The notes below the pieces were generated by a model. The model was not told where the DNA came from. It made no database searches and saw only the letters and a list, made by a program, of their open reading frames with translations. The position numbers were made by a program, and so were the translations under genes. From Camelus ferus (taxonomy: Eukaryota), in NCBI RefSeq assembly GCF_009834535.1, contig NC_045697.1, positions 103,976,001 through 104,040,000 on the forward strand: 64,000 bases of DNA. The letters are read 5' to 3'. Shown here one piece after another: positions 14,150-28,329 of this stretch. How positions within the stretch are numbered: the stretch's first letter is position 1; every line of letters begins with the position of its first letter.

Positions 14150-15330
14150 AGTTCAACTATCTTCATACTGGGTGCCTTGTACCAAAAAAATAGCTTGACT
14201 TGGTTTGAAGGAAACCACAACCATGCTGACTGGTCTTTACATTCATGAACACTAACCTCAAGTAGCCCATTAGATTTGCCTTGGAATAGTCATGAATTGA
14301 TGTAGTCCACATACTCTTTCATTCTCCTAGAAAATGATTTCAATATTTTCTCTTTTTTCCTAAAACTTCCTATCTGACTGCTAGATAATGTTTCTTATTT
14401 CACTAAGAAAACTGGGGCAATTAAAAGATAACTTTGATAAACTTCCAATATATCTACTCACCTTACTTGTCTTGTGCCCATACTTCTGTTTCAATGGAGA
14501 TGTGTCCATGCTGCTGTCAAGGGCCAACCCTGCTATTTGTGCAGTAGATCCCATTCCCCCCTTTCCTAAACAAGAGCATTGCTCCAATTATCCTCTCTTT
14601 TTCTCCAAATTTCTTCCCTCTCTGTTGAATTATTCCTACCTTACACATCAATTAACTCTGGGACTATCCTATTATTTGTTTTCTTGCTCACTCCTCTTAA
14701 GCCAAAATGACTCCTTTGCTGTTCCTCATGTATAAGAACATCCTGTTTTAAGCCCTTGGATATTCTCCTTATTTTTTTTGACAGCTTAGTCATTCATTTT
14801 TAAGGTTAAAAATTTTTGTTGTATATTTCAATGGAAATAAAGTGTCTCACAGATGCATAGTCCTCTGTGCTCTTTCCTGTCCTCTAATGCTAGCTCTTTT
14901 AAATCTCAACTTTTAGAGTGAGATTGTAGAGTGTAGAGTGACCTCATTTTTCTCTTCTCTTATGCTCTCTCAAGGTTACTTCATGAAGTACCACTGCTTC
15001 AAATATTATATGTAAGTTATGACTCTAAATGTGTATCTGCAGCCCAGTCCTCCCCTCTGAGATCCAGACTTACATACTAACTCCTGCTTCAAATCTAGTT
15101 GAGAATCTAAAAAACATCTTAAATGTCTAAGATAATACATCCAAAATAGAACCCTTGGTTTTTCCCCAGTGAAAATAGTGTCAACAAGCCAACATTTTAA
15201 GAATTCTCTTTTATTTCTCTTTGTTATTCATTCTCAAATACAATCCATCACCAAGTCTTGGTTCTGTACAAAATACATCTCAAGTCTGTTTACTTCTCTT
15301 TATCACTACATCTGTGTCACCACCTTGATG
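14150..15330 (+). mobile_element. L2 LINE fragments
   Basis: L2-like motifs atgactctaaatgtgtatctgcagccc…ccctctgagatccagact and caatccatcaccaagtc. Confidence 0.6.
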
Positions 15331-18300
15331 CCAACCAAATTCTCAGAGAGGGACAGAATTTCATTATGTCCTTTAGCCTTTCTTTTAACTCAATTTTTCT
15401 TTTGGTAGGAATTAAGTTGAAAAATCTCCTTTCCACTTTGCTTTCTGTATTCTGCATGCTTAGGTTCTTACAGATTCTCTGTTGCTGAGAAGCAGCTGCA
15501 CACGTACATACATCAAATAGTAACTTCCATACCCACATTCAGGCACAACTATATCTTATGTTTGCATTCATACAGATGTGAATACACATTCAACATCAGG
15601 AAAGAAATAGACTACATAATTTTTGAGTTAATTTTTCAAAATGATGGGCAACAAATAACTATTTTGTAAAAAGCAATTCTGAAATGCTGTTCTAAGATTT
15701 GTAGGCTGGGCAGCAACAACTTTGAATGATAAAAGGAGGAACTTGAAATCTGAAGTGTATTTGGTCTCAATGTAACCTGGTTAGAATCCCTATAAATATA
15801 ATGTATAAACATCAGAATAAAATAGATGTCTCAGTCCACAATTATTATGTGAGGACTTTTGAAAATCATTTTATAATCATTTATTGCCAACCTCAGTGGA
15901 ATATTTCCTGGTTATAATTTGTAGCATTTCTCTACATTTTGATTCCTTTACAATTAATTTCCGAATTATCCCAAATAATTTCTAACTCTCTTGGTGTTTA
16001 GGTATAGCTTGAAACTATAAACAAAGAGGAGCAGTAATTTTTCAAAGGAATTCACTGTAGCTTAGAAAAATTCTTGAAATAGTATTGTAAATTGAATTCA
16101 AGCAAAATATGTGGCACATTCTTAAACTAGATCCATTGGTAAACATTGTATAATAGTTGAGATATATCCATAATTTAAAATATTGACTAAATTTAATATT
16201 TTAAATAAAAGAGATGATATGATTTTCTGTTTAAATTTCTGTTCTTTTAGCTATTACAGTCTGGGGCTTTAGAACAGATAAGAATTAGATTAGATTTGGC
16301 TTTATCTGGCTGAGTCTGGGCATCACTACGTTTATCCCATAGTCACTGGCTCTCAGCTATTGGTAAAACTGCCAAGGGCTCATTTTACTTCCTTTACATT
16401 GGTTCTGAATCTCTTCTTAATGGAAGACTACCCTGGAAGGTAGTCAAAATAAGATTGAATTTATAGGTTTTCATGTAGAATGGAATCACCTGCTATTTCC
16501 ACTGCTTTTAGGGCCTCTTATAACTAGATAGCTGAAGCTAGAAAGTGAATCTTAAATTCAGTACTACATTCAAATAATCTTTTTGCAATAAGATGTTATA
16601 TTTCACCCCCACCTCATCTTAGTAATGACATTTATAGCTACTTGGGATTCTAGATCTACTGAGAGTCTCAAAAATTGGAATATTTTACAATTTGAAGGTA
16701 TTATATATATTTTTACTTTTCTTTGAAGTGTCAAGGATAGTAAACACAATTCTAACTCAAAATTTTAGCTTTAAGAGAAAGCAAAGAATGTTTAAATGTG
16801 TGTCAGTTTTCAGTACAAGAGATAAAAGGAAATAATGTTTAAAACATAAAACTTACCTACTTCCTTCTAAAATCCTCTAATTTGAAATAAATGTGACATT
16901 ATGCTTTGTAGTAGAACTTTTAAAGTATTTTAATCAAATTTAACCAGTAGTGAAAGGGCAATTTTAGAGATGTATAATTTCCAGAACTGATATATTCTTC
17001 CAGATCTGCTAAAATCTACCTGCTTCCCTCAAATTAAACTCAGTAGAATATTTCCTTTTAAAGAAATTTTCAGTCAACAGTTATGGGTAGAGACCACAAT
17101 GTCCCAGTCATTTCACTAATAAAGAGTTGGGCATCTTAAGGATATAGCATAGTCAAATGAATAATTTTCTAAATAAACTTTTCTAAACTTGGTCTGTGTA
17201 TGTAGATGTTATGAGTACCTTGTTTTTTGCATTATAAATATGTCTTCTTATTGTTTAAATTGCTTTAAGCTGTTTAATAAATACACAAATAAATAGAAGT
17301 AAGTTCCATCGTACAATCTCTTGAGACCAGCAGTCTCAAGCTCTATTCCAAGGACCATGTGTCCTCTTTAGGAAAATAAGATAAGACATTCAGCCATATA
17401 TATAATGAAAAATACGTATAGGAATTTTTTTTCTCTAAGACTAAGTGCTCTTCCACGGGTGAATTTCAGCTTCCCCTCTCTGAGTCTTTGCATAGTTCTA
17501 GATTTGCCTTTTCTCGAGTTCATCTCTCAAACAGCTGAATCAATAGTTCATACCTACTTACATATTTTTATATATATATCTCACTGTGCCAGTTTTTTTT
17601 ATACTCAATTCTTTCAATAGTCCTGTACAGTTGGAATGATTTGCTCATATAATAAATTAGAAAATGAAGATCAGATAGTAAATGGTTGGACTTGTATTAG
17701 AAGTCACATCTCTTGTGTCTCACTACAGATATTATCTCTTGATTCCATCCCAGGGTATCAGAGCTTATGGATTTGCATGAGTCTCACAAACATAAAAATA
17801 TCCTGACAATCTTGGAGTAGAAGATTTATATTAGTCAGATAAACTTTGTGTAGTTTACTAGTTAGATGTGCATGTGCAACATAAACAATACAAGGCAGGC
17901 AACGATTTATAAAGGTAAAGAAAATGTCAGCAGACATAATTTGTTATAAAAATACATCCTTCGTAACGAGAAATGAGAGTACAAAAATTGCTAGATTGGA
18001 TTTTCTGGTATTACATGACTTTATATTTTTCCCAATCAAAAATATATAGAATTTAAATATATAGCTTATATCATATTGAAATGAGTTCAATTTTTATATT
18101 AACCTCAAGAAATAGGATTAAAAGAATCAAGCTCTCAACAGAAGATTATTGTTTTAAAAGACTCTTGGAGCTAGATTTTGAAACCGAAATAAAAAATAGG
18201 ATGCAACTCCAAAATCCATAAACAAATGATGGTTGAAAAAGTGTAATTTTATAGTTTAAGATTAAAATCTTGAAATGCACATGACAAACAAATCAATAGA

Positions 18301-18699
18301 CTCTAAAGTTTGCTTGGCACAAGGTAAGGTTAATATAAGGATTGTATTCTGAAAGATTTATTCAATAAAAGCAAGCATTATATAAAACCAACTCACTATA
18401 TTTTGAGTTCAGTAGGACTTCATTACAAGCAAGATTCACCAACATGCTGCTTCAATACTGTATTACCTCGAATTATTCACTTCTGATGTAGGACTACCAG
18501 AAAATGAAATTTTATCACAGTAGTATTTTGAAATGTTTTCACTTTGCTATCCTTAGAAAATGAAATACACTTGGCTGTGCACATGGAGTGCCTCTCTACA
18601 GAAGTCTTTTTATGCAGGTATGGATTATTGAAGAAATTCGGTGGTAGTAGAAAATCAACGGTAAACTAGATGAGAATTTTGATAGCTAAGAGAAAATCC

Positions 18700-18922
18700 T
18701 TATTTTTCAAAATTTATTTTTTATAGAGATACCATTGGTTTATAGCATTTTCTAAGTTTCATGTGTACAAATTATAGTTCTACTTCTGTATGCCCTGCAT
18801 CACGAACACCACCAAAAATTTAGTTTCCATCTATCATGATATAGTTGATTCCTTTACCCATCTTGCCCTTCCACCCATCCCTGTCCTTCTGGTAACCACT
18901 ACTCTGTTCTCTGTATCTATGT
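18700..18922 (-). mobile_element. L1 3'-end fragment
   Basis: ttctggtaaccactactctgttctctgtatctatg, the same family as 43625-43900. Possible TSD gagaaaatc at 18690 and 18923. Confidence 0.7.
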
Positions 18923-20229
18923 GAGAAAATCTGGACTATCAATTTTCAGTAAACGAAAGTCTAAAGTGACAACCACAAGCAAATCTCCAGGCCAATTGCT
19001 GCAAAAGAGAAAAGAAACTGAAAAACAAAACAAAGGCAGCTATTAAGCATGCTGTTTGGCTAATTAAAACATGGCAGTGACTTTTTTTTAGATGTAATAA
19101 CCCCATTTATAAGTGGATCTTGTGGTACAACTGTCAATTACAAATTCCATACCTTTGTTTTTACTTCTACAAACTGATTTCTGACATCCTGATTTAAGAC
19201 ATGCGGAAGACACTGAAACTTTAATACTTTGTAGTACATTTTTTCACTCTTTTTACACAATACTGAAGTCTTATCTGGTTTCCTAATAGTCCCTTCCCTG
19301 CCACTTTAGTGCAGAAAGTGACCACTTTTAAAATAAATTATTGAGTTCATTATTTTATAGATATTAAATATTATATCCATGGTCATTTGTATGGAAAATG
19401 TTACTATTTAAAATTGATGGTTGTTGAAAATGCATTGATTATCAAGAGAAAGGAAAAGTCAAATAATAATAATATAAAATGTCGGTTAATTATATTCTAA
19501 TGTTACTTAAGAAATAAAATATTTATTATGTACTTATTATGACATTAGTCTGTTAGAGAAACACACAGAGAAATAAATTTGGGAATACCACATTCAATGC
19601 AACAACTACACCACTGTTTTGTTTAATAAGAAATGGTAGTGACTGATTTTCTTACGTCAATGTAATATACTCCATAATGTAAAACGCTGTCCATTATAAT
19701 GTTTTGTTGTTTTTAAAACTGCCCTGTAATACCTACAGGGAAATGTCTATAAGAATAGAAAATGACAAATAAAACTAATTTATTCTGTAATTATTTCTCT
19801 GCTATGAATGACTATGTAGAATAGAATATAAGAGCCTGGAGGCGAGGAATTTTATTTTATTTAAATTGGCCAAACTTTTAATCACCATAGGTACTCAAGT
19901 TAACATCAGCAAAAGAAGAAAAAAGTTTTGGATTCAAACAGATAACCTCAAAAGAACTTATAAACCCAGAAACTCATGTGGTCCAGTTTCTGAGTTTTGA
20001 CACAGGAGAGGAAACAGAGTCCAACAATAAAAGCAGTTGAAGTATAATTCAATGTCTTGCACTTTTCAGGTATAATCAAAGGGGATTCATCCACAATCCA
20101 ACATACCACATCTTCTCCCATTTCCTTCATTATACATTCCTTTACACTTGCCACACCTCCCCAAAACTTCACACGAACCTTCTGTCTTTTCTCTCTCTTG
20201 CTCAGCATCTTAGCTTTTATCCTCACTCA

Positions 20230-23200
20230 TATATCCAGTTTCTGTATATTGATTTTGTATGCTGCAATTTTACTGAATTTATTATTAATTCTAAGAGATT
20301 TTGGTGCAGTCTTCAGGATTTCCTATATATTAGGATCACATCATCTGCAAATAGTGACAGTTTTACTTCTTTCTTTCCTATTTGAGTGCTTTTTATTTAT
20401 TTTTCTTGTCTAATTCCCATGGCTACTAGTTTTAATACCATGTTGAAAAAAAGTGGAGAGTCGACCATCTTGCATCGTTCCTGATCTTAGAGGAAAAGCT
20501 TTCAGCTTCTCACCATTGAGTATGAAGTTTGCTGTGGGCTTGTCATATTTGGCCTTTATTATGTTGAGGTACGTACTCTCTGTACTCACTTTATTGAGAG
20601 TTTTTATCATGAATGATATTGAATTTTGTCCAGTGCTTTTTCTGCATCTATTGAGATGATCTTATGCTTTTTACCCTTCATCTTGTTAATGTGGTATAAC
20701 ACATTCATTGATTTGCAGATGTTGAATCACCCCTGCATACCTGGAATAAATCCCAGTAGCTTACACTGTATATGCTTCTTAATGTATTGTTAAATTCAAT
20801 TTGCTAACATTTTGCTGAAGATTTATACATCTATGCTCATCAGGGATATTGGTGTGTAATTTTGTATGATATCCTTTTTCGGTTTTGGTGTCAGGGTAAT
20901 GTTAGCCTTGTAAAATGTGTTTGGGAGCACTCCTCCTCTTGAATTTTTTGGAAGAGTTTGAGAAGAATAGGTATCAAATCTTTGAATGTTTGATAGAATT
21001 AATTAGCAAGGCTTTCTAGTCCTAGACTTGTTTGTCGGGAGGTTTTTGATACTGATTCAGTCTCCTTACTAGTAATTGGTTTATTCATATTTTCTGTCTT
21101 CATGATTCAGTTTTGGAAGACTGTATTTTTCTAGGAGTTTACTCATTTCTTATCCATTGTCCAGTTTATTGGTGTATAATTATTCATAGTATTCTCTTAT
21201 GATTTTTTTGTATTTTTTAAATTAGTTATAACTTCTTTTTCACTTCTCATTTTATTTATTTGAGCCCTTTTTTTAGTGTACCTAAAGTTTTGTCAATTTT
21301 GTTTCTTCTTTCAAAGAACCAACTTTTAGCTTCATTGATCTTTTTCTAGTGCTTTTTTAGTCTCTGTTTCATTCATTTCTGTTCTGATTTATTATTTCCT
21401 TCTTTCTACTAACTTTGGACTTCATTTGTCTTCTTTTTCTAGTTCCTTCAAGTTAAAAGTTTATTTATTTGAGATTTTTCTTGTTTCTTGATGTGGGCCT
21501 ATGTTGCTATGAACTTTCCTCTTAGAACCACTTACGCTGCATCCCATAGATTTTGGTATGTTGTATTTCTATTTTCATTTGTCTGTATGTAATTTTTTCC
21601 CCTTTGATTTCTTCACGATTCATTGGTTGCTTAGTAGCATAATGTTTAATCTCACCTATTTGTGTTTTTTTTTTCAGTTTTCATCTTTAATTTCTAGTTT
21701 CATACCAGTGTTGTTGAAAAAGGTTCTTGATATGACTGCAGTCTTCTTAAATGTATTGAGACTTGTGTTGTGGCTTAACATATGCTCTATCCTGGAGAAT
21801 GTTCCATGTGCTCTTGAGAGGAAAGTGTATTCTGCTGCTTTTGGATGGAATGTTTGCTATATATCTATTAATTTCATAAGGTCTAACGTGTTGTTAAAGG
21901 CTGATGTTTTCTTATTAATTTCCATATGAATGATATATCCCTTGATATAAGTGGGATTTTCAAGTCACCTATTATAATTGTATTACATCAAAATCTTCCT
22001 TTAGGTGTGTTAATATTTGTTTTATGTATTTAGGTGATCTTATGCTGGTAGCATAAATATTTGAAAATGTCAAATCGTCTTGTTGGATTGACCCTTTTAT
22101 CATTATGTAATGCTCTTCTTTGTCTTTTATTACTTTCTTTGTTTTAAAGCCAGTTTTTGTCTGGTATAAGTACAGCTACACCAGCTATCTTTTGGTTTCT
22201 ATTTCCATGGAAAATACTTTTCCATCCCTTCATTTTTAGACTGTGTATGTCCTTAGATATGAAGTGAGTCTCTTGTAGATTAGCTGATTTTTTTTTATCC
22301 ATTTAGCCACTCTATGTCTTTCTATTAAAGAATTTAATACATTTACATTTAAAGTAATTTTTGATAAATATATACTTATTGGCATTTATTATTTTCTAGC
22401 TGTTTTTATAGTTCCTTTCTGTTCATTTCTTCTCTTGTTCTCTTCCCTTATGGTTTGATAAATTTCTTTAGTGTTATGCTTAGATTCCTTTCTTTATCTT
22501 TCGTGTATCTGCTGTAGGGTTTCACATTTTTGTTACTGTGAGGCTCACATATAACAGTTTTTATATATAGCAGCCTTTTATATTGGCAGCAACTTAAATT
22601 TGAACACATAGTAAAAATTCTACATTATTACTCCTCCATCCCTCATTTTATGTTTTTGATATTATATTTTAAATCTTATTTTTGTATCTTTTAACTGTGG
22701 TAACTTATTTTTGTATCCCTTAATTATGGTAGTTATTTTATTACTTTTAGTTAATTTTTTTTATTACTTTTAGTTAATTTTATTACTTTTGTATTTTAAC
22801 CTTCACATTAGTTTATAAGTGGTTAACTTGCTGTCCTTGCTATATATTTGCATTTACCAGTGAGATTTATACTTTCACATATTGCTTCCTATCAGGTAGT
22901 GTCTTTTCTTGCAGCACAAATAAAATCTTTTAAAATTTCTTAGAGCCTTTTCAGCTAAAATAAGACCTTAGTGGTGATGAATTGTATCTTTTGCTTGTAT
23001 GGAAACTCTTTATCTCTCCTTCCATTCTGATGATAACTTTGCTCAGTAGAGTATTATTGGTTGGATGTTCTTTCTTTTCAGCACTTTGTATATATCATGT
23101 CACTCCCTTTTGGCCTGCAAATTGTTTTTTTCTTACTGCTTTTATGATTCTCTCTTTAACTTAAGACATTTTAATTATAATGTATTCTGAGTGGATCTCT

Positions 23201-25850
23201 TTGAGTTCTTCTTATTTGGAACTCTCTGGGCTTTCTGGACCTGGATGTCTTTTTTCTTCCCCAGGTTAGGTAAGCTTTCAGTTGTTATTTCTTCCAATAA
23301 GCTTTTCTCCCCTTTCTTTCTCTCTTTTCCTTTTGGGACCCCAATAATGTGAATGTGATTCCACTTGATGTTGTCCCACAGGTCTTAAGTTATCTTCACT
23401 TTTTAAAGTTCTTTTTTCTTTTTGCTGCTGTATTTGGGTGAGTTCCACTGCCCTGTCTTCCAGGTCACTGATTTGTTCTTCTACTTCATCTAATCTGCTG
23501 TCGAATGCCTCTAGTGTATTTTTCAGTTCAGTTATTGTATTCTTCTACTCTGTGACTTCTATTTGGTACTTTCTTATATTTCCTGTCTTTTTGTTAACAT
23601 TCTCACTGTGTTCATCTATTCTTCTCCTGAGTTTGGTGAGCATCTTTTATGATCATTACTTTGAACTCTTTATCAGGTAGATTACTTATCTCTGTTTCAT
23701 TAAGAGCTTTTCTGAGGTTTTGTCCTGTTCTTTGGTTTGGAACATATGTCTCTGTTTTCTCAAAATCCCTATGTCTATGTATTAGGTGAAACAGCTGTCT
23801 CTTCTAGTCTTGAAGAAGTGGCCTTGTGTAGGAGATGAATTTTATCATCCATTCTTGGCCTAGCTCTTGTCTTCATGATTGCTTTAGGAGCCTGATTTAT
23901 TCTTGATAGGTCCCAGTTGTTGAGGGTGTGCCAAGACCTTTCAGTGTTCCAAAGGGAGTGATCTTGGTCAACACCAGGATCAGGCTTATTGGAATCGAGT
24001 TCTTAGATAGCAGATTTAAAGTACACAGTCCTGTGTACTTTATACAATCCTGGGGTATTGGAATTGCAGACCCTGCTGACCCTTAGACCAGAAGATCTGG
24101 AGGTGTTCTCAGGGCAATAGTTGCAAGAAACTGGACTTCATATGAAAGCTGAGGCTCATTTCTGAGAGGTAACACCATCTGTGGTGAGGCCAAGGGAAGA
24201 CACATAGATGGTATACCTGTGTAGCATTTAGATATGTGGCAAACCTGAAGCCTGTCCCTTAGGTTGAAGTTCCACAACAATTAAATAGGCCTTTTTCACT
24301 TGCAGAGTGGTGGTGTGTTTCAGTCTGCTGTCTGTGGAGTTTCCTAGATGTGGTATCTTGCCAAGAACTCTGTCTTTCCAATTATTACAGTTCTTGTGGG
24401 ACCAAGGAACACAAACCACTCTGTCCATCAGAGTCAGACAATCAAGAGGTGTCCTGCATGTGCACTGTGCTGGTTTTCCAGCTTTATTGAGGCTGTGGGA
24501 GAGCAGTGGATTGGGGCACGCCCTGGGTTTTAGTGATGCCAGAGAAGAATGCTAATGGTGAAGCACATCCGTGGCTTTAGTGAGGTTGAGGATGAGTACT
24601 GGGGATGCAGCATGCCCTCAGCTTTATTGAGGTTATGTTCCCACATGCCCACCTGTGATAGCAAAGTAAAGGGAGAGTGTAAAAAATAGTGCTCTATGAC
24701 ACCTCTGTCCCCGAGGAAAATTCCAACTAATCCCTGCCCCTCCTGCAGACTCTTTAAGATTAGAACTGAATCTCCTTCACATATATTTCAGTCACCTCTC
24801 AAATTGTTACCTTTGTCTTGGCTCCTGGGATAAGTAAGATTGGACGTTAGCCTCTCAACAGGAATATCTCAGATTCCCATAGTCCTTCAGATCTCCTAGA
24901 TGTAAACCCTGTTTGTTACCAAAGCCAGATGTTGTTTTTCTTTCTTGCTTGCTTGCTTTCTTTAATTCAAGTATAATCAATTTACAGTGTTGTGTTAATT
25001 TCTGGTGCACAACATAGTGATTTATTTACACATACATACTTTTTTCATTATAGACATTATAAGGTATTGAATAAAGTTCTCTGTGCTAAACAGTAGGACC
25101 TTGTTGTTTATTTATTTTATATACAGTAGTTTGTATCTACAAATCCTGAAATCCCAATTTATCCCTGCTTACTTCCTTCCCCCCTGGTAATTATAAGTTT
25201 GTTTTCTGTGTCTGTGAGTCTGTCTCTGTTTGTAAATAAGTTTATTTGTGTCCTTTTTTTTTCTATGGTCCCACATATGAGTGATATCATCTGGTATTTT
25301 TCTTTTTCTTTCTGGTTTACTTCACTTAGTATGAAGATCTCCAGATCCATCCATGTTGCTGAAAATGGCATTATTTTACTCTTTTTTATAGCTGAGTAGT
25401 ATTCCATTGCATAAATATACCACATCTTCTTTATCCAGTCATCTGTCAATGGACATTTAGGTTGCTTCCATGTCTTGAATATTGTAAATAGTGTCAAAGC
25501 CAGATGTCTTAAGGGCCTTGTTTCTCTGGTTCAGGTTCCAAGAGTTGAGATACCTAATACGAACACAAACCCCTCGTGCCTCAGGGAGAGAGGCTGTGGG
25601 CCTGTGAGATCCCTTAGTATTGTGTGTTGCTGCACCAGGAATAAGGTTTTTGGCAAGACCATGCCTCTGCTTCTCCTACCTGCCTCACTGTGTCTTTCTA
25701 TCCCTTATTATGGAGGAGGCTGTGAAACTAGTTTTTAGTTCTTTTTAGCAGGAGTTATCCCATAGACAGCTGCATATTTGGTGTGTCCTTGGGAGGAGAT
25801 GAGTTTAGGATTTTTCTGTGCTGCTATCTTGGACCATCCCCCTAAGACTC
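20230..25850 (-). mobile_element. Large degenerate L1 (ORF2 RT/EN remnants, ORF1 region, 5' region); 3' end missing
   Basis: ORF 20410-20610(-) translates [32 protein letters not shown], an L1 ORF2 reverse-transcriptase segment. Antisense L1 sequence continues to ~25850 with many stops and frameshifts. Confidence 0.9.
24933..25494 (-). mobile_element. Younger L1 3' end (ORF2 C-terminus plus 3'UTR) inserted into the older L1
   Basis: ORF 25159-25497(-) contains KTWKQPKCPLTDDWIKKMWYIYAMEYYSAIKK, the L1 ORF2 C-terminus. Perfect 13-bp TSD caaagccagatgt at 24920-24932 and 25495-25507. Confidence 0.92.
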
Positions 25851-26079
25851 ATTTCCATCTCTAAGCTTTCTGAAGACTTGTGAAATGGATTGAATGATTA
25901 ACTCAGTAGCTTGAATTAGTTTTCAAATTCTCTTGTTTTCCCAATCTTTTGTTTAGATGGCAGAGGGTCAACTTTTTAGATAACTTAATTTTACTCCACT
26001 AGGTGTCAAAACTAAAAAAAATATTAAATAGTAAAATTGTTGCAGGCAGAACAGTAAAATGCAAAGAATGTAAGGTGTG

Positions 26080-26230
26080 CTTTGTGGATATGCATTCAGG
26101 TTCTGATCCTGCCACTTCCTCTGTTTGCTCTGGGGTAGGACAGTTCACCTCCCATAAACATAAGTTTATTCATCTGTAAAATAAAGACTGAACTAGAAAT
26201 CTGGGACTCTGACATCACTAAAATTCTACA
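26080..26230 (+). mobile_element. MIR fragment
   Basis: ggttctgatcctgccactt…agtttattcatctgtaaaat. Confidence 0.55.
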
Positions 26231-28161
26231 AAAGAAAATTTCCTAGGATCCCCCTGCATGTTTAAATAAACTAAAAATGAGTGTAATTTAATCTTTTCTT
26301 GGTGGCCAAGGGCCATGAATGAAAAAAATGATTATGTAATATAGTAAAAGATCATTGAGTTTGTAAGGTCTCTTTGCTCCCACATAAAATGGACCTAGAC
26401 TACTGAGTGCTTGTATGAATGTTCTTTTATGCATGTGTGTGTGTGTGTTTGTGAACTTCCTTTTTATTTTCAGCTAATGTTTATTGATGTTGTCACTATA
26501 CCTGTTTATAACATGCTGCCTTGTTTTTAATATACTTATTAAAGGGTAAATATACTCTTCTGTAAAGTAGGTTGTAATTGCTTCAACACAGCAACAACAA
26601 AGTAAATGTTTGGACTGTTGAAATCATCAAAGTTTGATCGATAAATGAAGTATTTATATACTCTAATAGTAAATCCATTTTCTTTTGCTCCGTTCTCTGA
26701 GAAGATGGAGGACGGTTGTCAAGTATCCTTTCCTTAATGACACCGACTTGAAGATAGTTATTAGGTCATTAGGGAATCTTCTCTCTCCACAGCCTAAACT
26801 AGTCTCAACCTTAACTCATGTCACGTTTTCCCAGTGGTTAAACTTCATTATAATTTTGTGACTCCCTTTCAGTGCTTTCACATGCCTGTCTGGTTTCAAA
26901 ACTAAAACTGAATCCTAATAATGAAAGACTTGCTGTTTCTGTGAGCATTTCTGTTAATAAATCTCGAAGTGATGTTAACACTTTTAGTGTTACTTCCATT
27001 TTTCTAATGGAATCTATGACTACACACAACCATGAACATTCATGCATGCGCACACACGCACACACACACACACTTCCATTTGAAATAGTAAACTTGGGTT
27101 GGCTGGGGAGACCAGAAGAATTTTCCTGTGAGTTACTAATAAGGCTTGATATCAGTAGTTAAAATGTTTCTGAGAAATAAAACTGATGAATAGGGCTGTG
27201 TTTTGGAATCAAGTCACAATTTTAAAGCAAGAAGATTCCCTCTTCCTATTCCTCTCCCTGCAGCGTGCCATCTTTGGTAGTCTACTTCTAAATGTGTATA
27301 AGTTGTGAGTATGAGTGGTTGGTATCAAATGTCTGGCACTGCCAGTCAATACTTTGGGCAGTAATCAAGCTTGTGTTCGAAATATCTTCTTTAAAAATAA
27401 CACAGTTAAGTCAACATGCAAAGCTTAACCCATTCTACTAACACTCGATACAAAGATAATTTGGATCTCATCTCATTTGTTTATGCACACAAATGAAACC
27501 ATAGCACCATGCTCTGCTCTTGGACCAGCATAATTTTCAATAAATTCTCCCCACTGAAAGTCCTACTCTGAAATTACAAGGCAGTCTTGTATCACCACCT
27601 TCAGTACAATGACTTTAAAGCTCAGTTTCTGAAATTCTATTTGCTCCTAGTTATTTTGACGTAGCGTAGAGGAACAGCCTTTCTTTTCTATTATCTGCTG
27701 CTCCAACATCCATAAGTATCTGGCTAACACTGTGATCAATGTCTCAGAAATACTGTGTAAGGGCTGAATATTGGTTAGAAAACTATAAAATTTGGAAGCT
27801 GATATTTAGGTTCAAGAAAAATGTTTTATAATTGTTATAGAACTGAAACAAGGACAAATAACATTTATATATTTTTTCATGTAAATATTATTTAAGATAG
27901 AATCTGTTTCTGAGAGTCACTAAACTCACCTGCAAAGGAAAGATGGGAAATTGTTCAAAATAATATGAAGGTAATGGTACACAAATATTATCCTATTTCA
28001 TTAGGATAAATTTCCAGTAGTTTATTAAAGTTGTTGAGATAAATTCCCGTAAGTTTAAAAGTGAGACCAATGAAAAAATTCTATTAAAATCCTGCTCAAA
28101 CATAATGCAATATAATTTTATGTATACCTAGTGTGCTTCCCATATGTCATCTTGTAAATTT

Positions 28162-28180
28162 TGTGTGTGTGTGTGTGTGT
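28162..28180 (+). repeat. (TG)n microsatellite
   Basis: Directly visible. Confidence 0.9.
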
Positions 28181-28329
28181 AAAGGATCGAAATGGAGGTA
28201 GTGACAGTGAATTTATTAAGCCAAATATTTGAGTTGTTCTCCCCAAAGGGGGAAAATTGATTTACAAGATTGTTTGTTATTAAGGCTCAAATACGTCTAC
28301 CATGATTTGGTTTTCTTTTATGTTTTTCA

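Noticed and set aside
13590..20650. Similarity between 13590-14030 and 20230-20650 as a segmental duplication
   Set aside because: Both are the same L1 ORF2 region from independent, diverged insertions.
20410..25497. ORFs with reverse-transcriptase and L1 ORF2 C-terminal similarity as a possible novel RT system
   Set aside because: They are short, interrupted fragments of ordinary LINE-1 elements, with no intact ORF.
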